This document shows, in pieces, positions 63,857 through 64,000 of a stretch of DNA of 64,000 nucleotides. Location: assembly GCA_964035545.1 (NCBI GenBank), contig OZ037771.1, positions 15,533,289-15,597,288 of the forward strand, in the 5' to 3' direction. The notes below the pieces were generated by a model. It was given only the letters and a program-made list of their open reading frames with translations. It did not search any database and had not been told where the DNA came from. This DNA comes from Bugula neritina. Lineage: Eukaryota; Animalia; Bryozoa. A program made the position numbers and the translations under genes. Position 1 is the stretch's first letter; the number at the start of each line of letters is the position of its first letter.

Positions 63857-64000
63857 GAGAGATATCTTGTTAAACATGAACACAGAATCACCAAACATAC
63901 AGACATGTCCAACCAGTTGCAATGATTCCCTGAATTACGTGTTTGGCCAGTAGGATGTGACTACCCACAAGGTGTATAACATACACTGTTACAGTCCAAT

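Overview
AT-rich, intron-rich animal genomic DNA, probably from an invertebrate. Almost all long ORFs in the track are artefacts of tandem repeats. By reading GT-AG sites and intron phases by hand I can assemble seven protein-coding genes. (1) The 5' part of a TBC1D24/skywalker-like Rab-GAP (-). (2) A small secreted PAN/Apple + F5/8C-like protein (-). (3) A probable 84-aa microprotein with a C-terminal membrane anchor (+). (4, 5) Two tandem single-pass membrane proteins with no signal peptide, Ser/Thr-rich N-termini, Tyr-motif-rich tails and the same intron phases (+). (6) A very compact plakin with spectrin/SH3, an FFAT-like motif and plakin repeats (+). (7) The 3' part of an LMO7/LIMCH1/Smallish-like LIM gene (-). 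Mobile DNA comprises a 5'-truncated Penelope-like element in (TA)n, with a GIY-YIG C-terminus, ~390-bp inverted arms and a minimal type I hammerhead ribozyme in each arm; a MITE with a 9-bp TSD and a telomere-like G-rich core; and a tRNA-like relic. The most striking window-wide pattern is that many introns carry their own private minisatellite, often seeded exactly at a splice junction. The real donor or acceptor (once a whole candidate 9-nt microexon plus its donor) is amplified into arrays of decoy splice sites, and many repeat units contain AG|GT. All gene models are manual inferences; no database search was run.
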